10,337 bases of DNA, taken from contig JAXDQU010000112.1 of the NCBI GenBank assembly GCA_034667685.1, positions 1-10,337 of the forward strand, read 5' to 3'. The stretch's first letter is position 1. Each line of letters begins with the position of its first letter. The notes under the pieces were generated by a model. The model was given only the letters and a program-made list of their open reading frames with translations. It did no database searches and had not been told where the DNA came from. Of the stretch, positions 1-6,830 are shown one piece after another. Position numbers and translations under genes: made by a program. The DNA comes from Thermoplasmata archaeon. Its GTDB lineage: Archaea > Thermoplasmatota > SW-10-69-26 > JACQPN01 > JAJPHT01.

Positions 1-1080
1 GGCCGCGCCCCCGAGCCCGTTACCCCGGCCGCGCTCCCCTCGCCCACCGTGCCGGAGACGGCCGCGACCGGCGCCGCCGCGTCCGCCGCCGCGCCCACGC
101 CCGCGAGCAGCCCGCCCCCGCAGCCAGGCGGCGGGAACGAAGGCGGCGCCGCGCCGGCCCCAAGCTCCGCGCATCCGACCGAGGCGGCCAACGGCTCCTC
201 GGCGCTCGCGCCGCTCGTGCTGGCCGTCGCGTCGAAGGGGACGGTCCCGGCCGCCGCCGACGCGTGCGTCCACGCCTACGGCCAGGGCGCGTGCGAAGGC
301 GTCGGGTCGCTGCTCGCGACGCCCATGTCCTCCGACGTCGACGTGCCCGTCACGGGGCGCGTCACCGGCGGCGACCTGACGTTGGCCTACGACGCGACGG
401 GCGGGCAGGCGCTCGCCGTCTCCGCGCTCGTCGTGGGCCCCTCGACGACGCGGCTGGTCGCGGCCAAGGAGGGCCTCTCGCCCGTCGCGCTCGCGCTGCC
501 CGCCTTCGACGTGGGCCCCGACGAGATCCTGCGCCTCAGCGTGGGCGCCGTGATGCCCGACCTCCTTCCTTCGCCGGGCCCCGCGTTCGCGCGCGCGAGC
601 CCCGCGGACGTCGCGTTCTCCCTGGAGGGCGCGGTGCGCGCGCTCGCGCAGCCCACGGCCACGCGCATCCTCTCCTACAAGCTCGAAGGCATCGTGCCCG
701 CGTCCGCGCGCGGCTGCGCGTTCTCCGCGGGGTGCGCGAGCTTCCCGAACGCGACGGCGTGGACCGAGGACCAGCCCAAGGTCGGCGCGCGGCCGCTCTC
801 CGGCTCGCTCGTGATGGCGTGGGACGTCCAGTCGCCCACCACCGGGACGATGGCGTTCGACGTGGCCGTCGTCAACAGCACGCGCGTCTTCACGATCGGC
901 CATGCGGAGGGCGAGAGCCCGCTCAAGCTCGACGTCCCGAAGGTCATCCTGCCCGCGGGCATGACGCTCGTCGTGCGCGCCTACGTCCCGCCGCAGCCCT
1001 CGCCCGTGCCCGCGTCGCTCGCCGCGAGCCCGCTGGACCAGCCCTTCACCATCCAGGGCTCGTGGAGCGTCGCGGGCTAG
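1..1080 (+). CDS. Exported/surface protein, 5'-truncated; Pro/Ala-rich linker followed by two copies of a ~135-aa beta-rich domain with a Cys pair
   Basis: Frame is open from base 1 (GRAPEPVTPAALPSPTV...) to TAG at 1078-1080, so GTG 49 is probably not the real start. GC3-rich codons. Internal duplication is shared with the next gene. Confidence 0.8.
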   Translation, partial: GRAPEPVTPAALPSPTVPETAATGAAASAAAPTPASSPPPQPGGGNEGGAAPAPSSAHPTEAANGSSALAPLVLAVASKGTVPAAADACVHAYGQGACEGVGSLLATPMSSDVDVPVTGRVTGGDLTLAYDATGGQALAVSALVVGPSTTRLVAAKEGLSPVALALPAFDVGPDEILRLSVGAVMPDLLPSPGPAFARASPADVAFSLEGAVRALAQPTATRILSYKLEGIVPASARGCAFSAGCASFPNATAWTEDQPKVGARPLSGSLVMAWDVQSPTTGTMAFDVAVVNSTRVFTIGHAEGESPLKLDVPKVILPAGMTLVVRAYVPPQPSPVPASLAASPLDQPFTIQGSWSVAG

Positions 1081-1100
1081 CCGCATCCGCCGAACGCCGG

Positions 1101-1736
1101 ATGGCCCGGCGCGGGGTCGGGCGGTCCGTGCGTCCGCTCGTCCTCGCCCTCGCGCTGCTCCTTCCCTTCGCGGGCTGCCTGGAGCACGCCAATCCCCAGC
1201 CTCAGCCAGGGCCTCAGCCCCAGCCTCAGCCTCAGCCTCAGCCCCAGCCAAGTCCCCAGCCCGCGCCCGTCACGAAGGCCAACGCCACCGGCCCGCGCGC
1301 CGTGCCGCTCGACTTCGAGGGCCGGATCCCCGCCTACGCGCAGGCGTGCGTCTGGTCGCCGCTGACGACCGCATGCCCGTACACGCCCGTGGGCGACTTC
1401 TCGCGCCTCGTGGACGAGCCCGCGCTGCCGGGCCCGCCGCGCTCGGGCGTCGTGACCGCGACGTGGAGCGCCGCGACGCCCGCGCAGGAGACGATGCTGC
1501 TCACCGCGTACTCGTACGACGCGAACGGTGGCTTCGCGAGCTTCGGCACGGTCCAGGGCAAGTCGCCGCTCAAGCTGACGATGCCGAGCCTCGCGCTGCC
1601 TCCGGGCCAGACGTTCGTCGTGGGGCTCTTCCCGCAGGAGCAGGACGGCTGGCTCCCCGTGGGCGTGGGCGGCTGGGCGAAGGCGAACCCCGTGGACCAG
1701 CCCTACCGGCTAGAGGGCGAGATCGTCGTCGGATGA
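1101..1736 (+). CDS. Lipoprotein, paralog of the upstream gene (one domain copy, PQ linker)
   Basis: ATG 1101 (alternative GTG 1128). N-terminus RPLVLALALLLPFAG|C is a hydrophobic stretch plus lipobox. Motifs GKSPLKL and PVDQPY match GESPLKL and PLDQPF of the upstream protein. Confidence 0.85.
   Translation: MARRGVGRSVRPLVLALALLLPFAGCLEHANPQPQPGPQPQPQPQPQPQPSPQPAPVTKANATGPRAVPLDFEGRIPAYAQACVWSPLTTACPYTPVGDFSRLVDEPALPGPPRSGVVTATWSAATPAQETMLLTAYSYDANGGFASFGTVQGKSPLKLTMPSLALPPGQTFVVGLFPQEQDGWLPVGVGGWAKANPVDQPYRLEGEIVVG
1194..1263 (+). repeat. In-frame CCYCAG hexamer tandem repeat encoding a (Pro-Gln)n linker
   Basis: ccccag/cctcag units are read directly and translate to PQPQPGPQPQPQPQPQPQPSPQP. 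Confidence 0.9.
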
Positions 1737-2762
1737 GCCCGGAGGCCCGACCGCGAAGTCCACCGCGAAGTGGCGCTCGCGCGGCGAGTAGGCGCGCACG
1801 ACGCGCGTCGCGCTCACGCGCAGGCCCCGGCCCGCGTCGCGCGCCCGCGCGGCCAGCTCCGCGAGGTGGCGGCCCAGCGCGTCCTCGGGCTGGATGCAGT
1901 GGTAGTGCCACGCGCCCTCGGGCTTGAGCGTCCGCAGCGCGTCCTCCAGGAACGCGTGCGCGGCGTGCGGCAGGTTCGTGATGACGCGGTCCGCGACGCC
2001 CGCGTGCGCGGCGCTCCACGCGCGCGCGTCGGCGTGCTCGGGGAAGACGACCGAGGCCGCCTTGTTGAGCGCGACGTTCTCGCGCGCGAAGGCGACCGCG
2101 TCGGGGTTGAGGTCGATCGCGTCGACGCGCGCGGGCTTCGCGTGCTTCGCGATGACGAGCGCGAAGGGCGCGACGCCGGCCATGAGGTCCACGACGCGCT
2201 CGCCGGGCGAGACGAGCCGCGCGACGCGCATCCGCTCCGTCGCCAGGCGCGGCGAGAAGTAGACGCGCGCCGGATCGACGCGGATGCGCACGCCGTTCTC
2301 CGCGTGCTCGGTGCGCGTGTCCGGGTCGCCCACGATCACGCGCAGCGCGCGGACGCGAAGCTCGCCCGACACGCCCTCGTCGTCGCACACGGTCCGCACG
2401 CGCGGCGTCGTCTCCAGGAGCGCCTCCGCGATCTCGCGCTCGCGGTGGCGGAGCGCCTCGGGGATCTTCACGATGAGGACGTGGCCCACGACGTCGAAGC
2501 TGCTCGGAAGGAGCGCCGCCTCGGCGGGCGTGATATCACGAAGCCGCTCCGTGTAGCTGCGCACCTGCTCCTCGGCGGGCTCGAACTCCGCCATCGCCAC
2601 CGGGAAGCCCATGCGCGGCTCGCCGTCCACGAGCGGGATGAGCAGCTCGCCCGACTCGCGCCGCACCTTCAGGTCGTGGCGCACGACGCCCTCCTCCAGC
2701 AGCGCGCGGCGCACGCGCTCGGCCTCGCGCAGCGGCACGCGCAGGGCGGGGGCTTGGGTCAT
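1710..2762 (-). CDS. trm5: tRNA (guanine-37-N1) methyltransferase, Trm5/Met10+ family, 350 aa
   Basis: True start is MTQAPALRV at 2762, with an ATGA overlap with the upstream stop. Motifs LPSSFDVVGH, VYFSPRLATER, GERVVDLMAGVAPF (SAM motif I), DLNPDA and DRVITNLP. The Trm5a/b/c subtype is not resolved. Confidence 0.88.
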   Translation of the reverse strand: MTQAPALRVPLREAERVRRALLEEGVVRHDLKVRRESGELLIPLVDGEPRMGFPVAMAEFEPAEEQVRSYTERLRDITPAEAALLPSSFDVVGHVLIVKIPEALRHREREIAEALLETTPRVRTVCDDEGVSGELRVRALRVIVGDPDTRTEHAENGVRIRVDPARVYFSPRLATERMRVARLVSPGERVVDLMAGVAPFALVIAKHAKPARVDAIDLNPDAVAFARENVALNKAASVVFPEHADARAWSAAHAGVADRVITNLPHAAHAFLEDALRTLKPEGAWHYHCIQPEDALGRHLAELAARARDAGRGLRVSATRVVRAYSPRERHFAVDFAVGPPGSSDDDLAL

Positions 2763-3406
2763 GGCGCCCCCCGCAGCGGCTTCATCGCCAGCACGCGCTC
2801 CAGCGCCTCCGTCTGCCCCCGCCGCTCGGCCTCGTTGCGCATCCAGGCCAGGTCGAGCCGCTCCTTCATGGCGGCGAAGACGGCGAGCGCGCGCGTCCAG
2901 TCGCCCGTGTGGCGCAGGTGCCAGCCGGACTCCGCGTAGGCGAGGATCACGTTCTCGGGGCTGCGCAGCTCCAGCGGCGTCGTGCCGTCGAGGAGGACGG
3001 TCATGGTGCGCTCCTCGCGGGCGCGGGAGCCCAGCTCGTCGGCCACGATCTCGACGTAGAAGGGCACGCCGGGAACGTCGAGCGCGCGGGCGCCGCGGGG
3101 CACCATGCCAAGCTCGCGGAGCCGGGCGACCAGCGCCTCGCGCGCGGGCGTCCACGTCCCGATGGCGAGCACGATCACGTCGATGTCGCCGCTGGGCCGC
3201 CAGAGCGCGGGGTAGGCCGCGCTCGTCCCGACCGCGCTGGTCGCGTAGAAATCCGCGGCGGTGCCGCCCGTGACGACGACGCGTGCCCCCACTTCGCGCC
3301 CGGCTTCGGAGACGGCGGCCGCCACGAGGAGGCGCGCCTCCAGGTCGTCGCCCGCGGCGCGCGCCTTCGCGAGCAGCGCGGCGGCGCCCTCAGGGGAACG
3401 TGACAC
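2759..3406 (-). CDS. Putative nucleotidyltransferase (DUF6036/AbiEii-like Pol-beta superfamily), 215 aa
   Basis: GTG at 3406 is preceded by the SD-like GAGGAGGG. VVVTGGTAADFY...RPSGDIDVIV fits GG-x-A...R-x-S/T-x-D-I-D. Later motifs are SPENVIL and LDLAWMRNEA. Confidence 0.72.
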   Translation of the reverse strand: MSRSPEGAAALLAKARAAGDDLEARLLVAAAVSEAGREVGARVVVTGGTAADFYATSAVGTSAAYPALWRPSGDIDVIVLAIGTWTPAREALVARLRELGMVPRGARALDVPGVPFYVEIVADELGSRAREERTMTVLLDGTTPLELRSPENVILAYAESGWHLRHTGDWTRALAVFAAMKERLDLAWMRNEAERRGQTEALERVLAMKPLRGAP

Positions 3407-3698
3407 GCAACCCTCCTCGTCGCGCGAGGCCGGTGCGGAGCACGACGAGCCGCGGGCCAAGCTCCTCGATCCGGCCGCGCTCGCGCGCAAGGGCCCAGCG
3501 GCGGGCCGCCAGCTCGGCGAGCGCGACCTGCTTCTCCGGGGACCAGGGGCGCTCGTGGGCGGCGCCCGAGGCCGCGTCGCGCGCTGCGAGCAGATCGCTC
3601 ACCACGTCGTCGAAGCTGCCGGACCCCTTCAGCTCTGCCAGGCGAGCCTTGGTCTCCTTGCGCAGCGAGACGAGGTCGAAGCCGGGTCGCGTGGGCAC
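3390..3698 (-). CDS. Small antitoxin-like DNA-binding protein (RHH/CopG-like N-terminus), ~102 aa
   Basis: VSLRKETKARLAELKGSGSFDDVVSDLL resembles archaeal antitoxins of the 'TI.i..ETK.RL..LK...SfDdVI.eL' type. Overlaps the NTase start by 17 nt. Start GTG 3698 is preferred over 3743, which would run through the AT-richer promoter region. Confidence 0.7.
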   Translation of the reverse strand: MPTRPGFDLVSLRKETKARLAELKGSGSFDDVVSDLLAARDAASGAAHERPWSPEKQVALAELAARRWALARERGRIEELGPRLVVLRTGLARRGGLRVTFP

Positions 3699-3709
3699 GT
3701 TCCCCCATG

Positions 3710-3757
3710 AGGACTTAAGGCACTTGAGGGTTTCTGTTTCCACGTGACTTAAGTCAC
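3710..3757. promoter_or_regulatory. Putative promoter/operator of the antitoxin-NTase pair
   Basis: Perfect 14-bp palindrome GTGACTTAAGTCAC at 3744-3757, an 11/14 copy at 3710-3723, and ACTTGAG at 3722-3728, all in an AT-richer intergenic patch. Confidence 0.5.
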
Positions 3758-4522
3758 ATTCTTCGCCAGCTCGCGCACCGCGTCCTCCTCGACGAAGTGC
3801 AGGTTGCCGGGCACGACCAGCGTATGCAGCGGCGGCCCGAAGTCGCGCTTCGCCAGCGCCTCCAGCGTGCCGCGCCAGACGCCCGGCTCGGGGCTGCCGG
3901 CGCGCGCCAGCGCGTAGACCTCCAGCTCCGGCGGCAGCGCCCCCTCGCCGCGCTCGCGCTCCATGCGTGATAGCAATGCCGCGCCCTCCGAGGCGGTCAT
4001 GTAGCGCCCCTCCGCCGCGCGCAGGTCGAGCAGCGTCAGCGTGTGCAGGCCGCGCGCGCGGTTGTCGCGGATCACGTCGTACGGGCTCGTGGGGAAGTAG
4101 CTCCCGTCGGGGAAGACCACGGTCGTCGCGCGGCCGAACTTGTAGCTCATCAGGCCCAGGAGGCCCGCCGCCGCCGTGGCGATGCTCGCGCCGTGGACGA
4201 CGCGCGTCGGGATGCCCTCGCGCGCCGCCCGCACGCGCAGGTCCACGTGCGTCGTCGCGGTCATGCTATCGCCCACGGCGAGCAGCACGACCTCCTTCGT
4301 GCGCGCGGCCTCGATCAGCTCGTCGCCCTTCTCCAGCGGGTCGCGCGTGAGCCAGTGGACGTCGCGGCCGTAGAACGCCACGAGCTTCTCGGGCGAGGCG
4401 CCGCCCAGGTGGGCCGTGTACCACTCGCCGTAGACGACGTCCGCCGCGCGCACGATCTCCAGGCCGCGCACCGGGACGTCCTTCTCGTCCCAGAGGCCCA
4501 GGCCGACGAAGGTGAGGCTCAC
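3749..4522 (-). CDS. dph5: Diphthine synthase (diphthamide biosynthesis methyltransferase)
   Basis: LTFVGLGLWDEKD, EWYT, VGDSMTATTHVDL, VVHGASI, GLMSYKFGRATT, N...GLHTLTLLDL, ARAGS and DFGPPLHTLVVPG.LHFVE motifs; 257 aa. Confidence 0.95.
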   Translation of the reverse strand: MSLTFVGLGLWDEKDVPVRGLEIVRAADVVYGEWYTAHLGGASPEKLVAFYGRDVHWLTRDPLEKGDELIEAARTKEVVLLAVGDSMTATTHVDLRVRAAREGIPTRVVHGASIATAAAGLLGLMSYKFGRATTVVFPDGSYFPTSPYDVIRDNRARGLHTLTLLDLRAAEGRYMTASEGAALLSRMERERGEGALPPELEVYALARAGSPEPGVWRGTLEALAKRDFGPPLHTLVVPGNLHFVEEDAVRELAKNVT

Positions 4523-4543
4523 GGAGCGCGAGCCCAGGAAGCG

Positions 4544-4552
4544 CCCTTAAGC
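4544..4552. promoter_or_regulatory. Palindromic TATA-like box (CTTAAG) shared by divergent dph5 and amine oxidase genes
   Basis: The only TATA-like element in the gap, centred about 26 nt from dph5 GTG (4522) and about 28 nt from ATG 4577. Confidence 0.55.
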
Positions 4553-4576
4553 ATGGCGACGCGCCCCAGCGTGACG

Positions 4577-5866
4577 ATGGATGCGGACGTTCTCGTCATC
4601 GGCGCCGGCGTCGCGGGGCTCTCGGCGGCGCGCCTCCTCGCGGACGCGGGGCAGCGCGTCGTGGTGCTGGAGGCGCGCGACCGCGTGGGCGGCCGGTGCG
4701 TGACGGACCATACTCTCGGCGCGCCGGTGGACCTGGGCGCCGCGTGGCTGGGCTCCGCGTCGGAGAACCCGCTCGTGGACCTCGTCGCGTCCGCGGGCGG
4801 CCGCACGCGCGCGTGGGACTGGTCGAGCACGACGCTCTTCGACGCCGAGGGCCACGCGATGCCGGAGGACGAGGTGGCCCGCGTGCGCGACGTCTTCGAC
4901 GAGGTCGTGCGGCTCCTCGAATCGCGCAAGTCGCGCGGCCTCCCCGAGCACGACCAGGCGCAGGCGGTGGACGCGCTCCTCGACGCGATGCCCCTCGCGC
5001 CCGGGCGCCGCGCGGCGGTGCGCTGGTGGGCGTCGATGCAGCTTGGCATGTTCCAGGGCGCGGACCTGCGCACGCTGAGCGTCAACGCCTACGGCGCGGA
5101 GGAGGACATGCCCGGCGACGACCGCTCCGTTCCCACCGGGTTGGGCGCGTGGGCCGTGACGCTGGCCGAAGGGCTCGACGTGCGGCTCGCGCACCGCGTG
5201 TCGCGCGTGCGCCAGACGGACGAGGGCGTCGAGGCCGAGACGGACCACGGGACGTTCCGCGCGCGCCGGGCGATCGTCACGCTCCCGCTGGGCGTGCTGC
5301 GCGCCTCCGCGGTCGCGTTCGAGCCTCCGCTCTCCGCGCGCAAGCTCGACGCCGCGAAGCGCCTCGGCGTGAGTGTCATGGACCGGGTCGTCCTCCGCTT
5401 CCCGCGCGTCTTCTGGCCCCCGACGCGGCGCTTCGGCATCGTGGACGAGCCCAAGGCCGAGTTCGTCGACCTCGCGCGGGACGCCGGGGTCCCGCTGGTG
5501 GCACTCCTGACGAAGACGACGCGCGCGGAGATGGACGAGGCGCGCACCGACCACCAGGCCGTGAACGAGGCGATGCGTCTCCTGCGCCGGATGATCCCCG
5601 ACGCGCCGGACCCGACCCACGCCATCGTGACGCGCTGGGCGCGCGATCCCTACGCGCGCGGCAGCTACGTGCACACGCCGCCGGGCGCCACGGGCCAGGA
5701 CTACGCGACGATGGGCGAGGCCGAGGGACGCCTGCACTTCGCGGGAGACGCCACGAGCCAGGAGCTTCCAGGCACGACGTGGGGCGCGTGGAAGGAGGGG
5801 AAGCGCGCGGCGCGCGAGGCGCTGCGGGCGCTCCACGCGGAGCTGGCGCTCAGGGAAAATGAATGA
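4577..5866 (+). CDS. Flavin-containing amine oxidase (MAO/PAO/LSD1 amino_oxidase family)
   Basis: DVLVIGAGVAGLSAA (GxGxxG), EARDRVGGR, DLGAAW, IVTLPLGVL, W.RDPYARGSY and LHFAGDAT motifs. Start at ATG 4577 (alternatives 4571 and 4553). Confidence 0.92.
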   Translation: MDADVLVIGAGVAGLSAARLLADAGQRVVVLEARDRVGGRCVTDHTLGAPVDLGAAWLGSASENPLVDLVASAGGRTRAWDWSSTTLFDAEGHAMPEDEVARVRDVFDEVVRLLESRKSRGLPEHDQAQAVDALLDAMPLAPGRRAAVRWWASMQLGMFQGADLRTLSVNAYGAEEDMPGDDRSVPTGLGAWAVTLAEGLDVRLAHRVSRVRQTDEGVEAETDHGTFRARRAIVTLPLGVLRASAVAFEPPLSARKLDAAKRLGVSVMDRVVLRFPRVFWPPTRRFGIVDEPKAEFVDLARDAGVPLVALLTKTTRAEMDEARTDHQAVNEAMRLLRRMIPDAPDPTHAIVTRWARDPYARGSYVHTPPGATGQDYATMGEAEGRLHFAGDATSQELPGTTWGAWKEGKRAAREALRALHAELALRENE

Positions 5867-5895
5867 AAAAAACGAGGGCCGGCGGAAGCCGGCCC
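5866..5895 (-). terminator. Hairpin plus U-tract terminator for the CxxC-x17-CxxC gene
   Basis: Minus strand reads GGGCCGGC-TTCC-GCCGGCCC-TCG-TTTTTTT, followed by further T-rich sequence. It starts about 11 nt after the TAA at 5907. Confidence 0.7.
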
Positions 5896-5906
5896 GAGAT
5901 GCTCGC

Positions 5907-6165
5907 TTAGAAGCGGCGGGGCGAGCGCGTTTCGCCCGGAGGCGAAACGTGCGAGCGCGCCGCTTCCAGCGCGCCTATGGCGCGCGTAGAAGCGGCGCGG
6001 GCCGCGGGAGTCGCGGGGGGGCGCGTGCTTCTGGAAGCAGTCGCGGCAGTACACGGGGCGGCCCTCGGTCGGCTTGAAGGGGACCTGGGTCTGCTTGCCG
6101 CAGTCGCTGCAGACGGCGTTGTGCATCTCGCGGGGGCCGGAGGGGCCACGGTTGTTACCGTACAT
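5907..6165 (-). CDS. CxxC-x17-CxxC zinc-finger protein (59 aa, codons 6165-5989) whose stop codon (TAA 5907-5909) is displaced by a 79-nt insert
   Basis: PREMHNAVCSDCGKQTQVPFKPTEGRPVYCRDCF has the exact CxxC-x17-CxxC spacing, followed by the usual Arg-rich tail ending PRRF. The 154-aa extension looks spurious. Confidence 0.85.
5908..5999. repeat. 79-nt structured insert with 11-nt direct repeats and two hairpins
   Basis: TAGAAGCGGCG occurs at 5908-5918 and 5987-5997. Hairpins at 5956-5999 (about 20 bp) and 5928-5949 (9 bp). GCGAGCGCG is repeated at 5921 and 5951. Confidence 0.8.
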
Positions 6166-6265
6166 CGGATTCTACTTTCCTGACCCTGGATTCTGACGAC
6201 TTGGCCCCTTGCGAGGGTCAGGTGACGAACTCGGATCAAGCATTGCCAAGACGGCATCCTTTAAC
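6166..6265 (-). promoter_or_regulatory. TATA-like box (GTTAAAG, 6259-6265) and ~70-nt structured 5' leader
   Basis: AT-richer intergenic region. Perfect 9-bp inverted repeat at 6179-6187/6214-6222, plus an alternative GCAA-tetraloop hairpin at 6205-6216. Confidence 0.5.
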
Positions 6266-6299
6266 TACTTGTGGGTCACCGGGCCGGGAATACGGGGCC

Positions 6300-6830
6300 T
6301 CAGGCGTCATGGAGCAGGGCCACGCCGGTGCTGGCGGCCAGGAGGAAGCTGACCGGGACGCTCGCATCGTTGTTCGCCTCGCCCGGGCCCTCGGTCGCCA
6401 GGCCGGTCGCGTCGGATTCCGCGTGGAGCGTGACGGTCCCGACGATGCCGGTCCCGTCCCAACGGAACGTGGCGGGGAAGCTCGCGCCGGCGGCCAGCGA
6501 CGGGACCACCAGGTCGCTCAGCGCGTGCGCCCCCGCCGAGTCGGAGAAGCTCAGCCGCAGCGCGGGCGCGGCGCCGCCGTGGTTGGCGACGAGGACCGTG
6601 ACCTCCTTCGCCTCCGGGTCGGTGGCGCCGGCGGCCAGGGGCGCGTCCCGCGCCGCGATGCCGTCGACCATGAGGTCGGGGAGCGTCGGGTCGCGCACCA
6701 GCACGCGCCCCAGCATCGTGGCGTGACGGTGCCCGGCGCGAAGGCGAAGCCGTGGACGTGGACCGTGGTGGTGGCGCCACCGCTGCCATGGGCGAGCGGA
6801 GCGGAGGACGAGGATTGGGACGAGGCGCAC
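6300..6830 (-). pseudogene. CARDB (Ig-like) domain protein with damaged N-terminus, probably a relic of signal peptide + cupredoxin + CARDB; the frame is still open (176 aa)
   Basis: CARDB motifs LPDLMV, VTVLVANHG, VPSLAAGAS...F.WD and E..EANN. The segment 6802-6722 reads sensibly only in the +1 frame (APLAHG...VHVHGFAFAPGTVT). Confidence 0.6.

Noticed and set aside
264-1100. N-terminal part of the 490-aa ORF, and other long Arg-rich ORFs (e.g. 1770-2939, 4547-5836, 6551-8413, 6841-8199, most of 8743-9864)
   Set aside because: Shadow frames expected in very GC-rich DNA; they overlap well-supported genes and show no motifs.
1084-1103. Small inverted repeat CATCCG/CGGATG between the two surface-protein genes
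   Set aside because: A 6-bp stem without a U-tract is within chance expectation.
1710-1736. 27-nt convergent overlap of the lipoprotein and trm5 3' ends
   Set aside because: Short tail-to-tail overlaps are common in compact GC-rich genomes.
5701-5988. 154-aa extended version of the CxxC-x17-CxxC ORF
   Set aside because: The extension crosses a terminator-like hairpin/T-tract and runs antisense into the amine oxidase. It results from the displaced stop codon.
5908-5997. Canonical archaeal bulge-helix-bulge intron or selenocysteine/pyrrolysine recoding signal
   Set aside because: I could not build a BHB motif at the junctions, and there is no in-frame UGA/UAG at the insertion point. The TAG in the hairpin loop is in the -1 frame.
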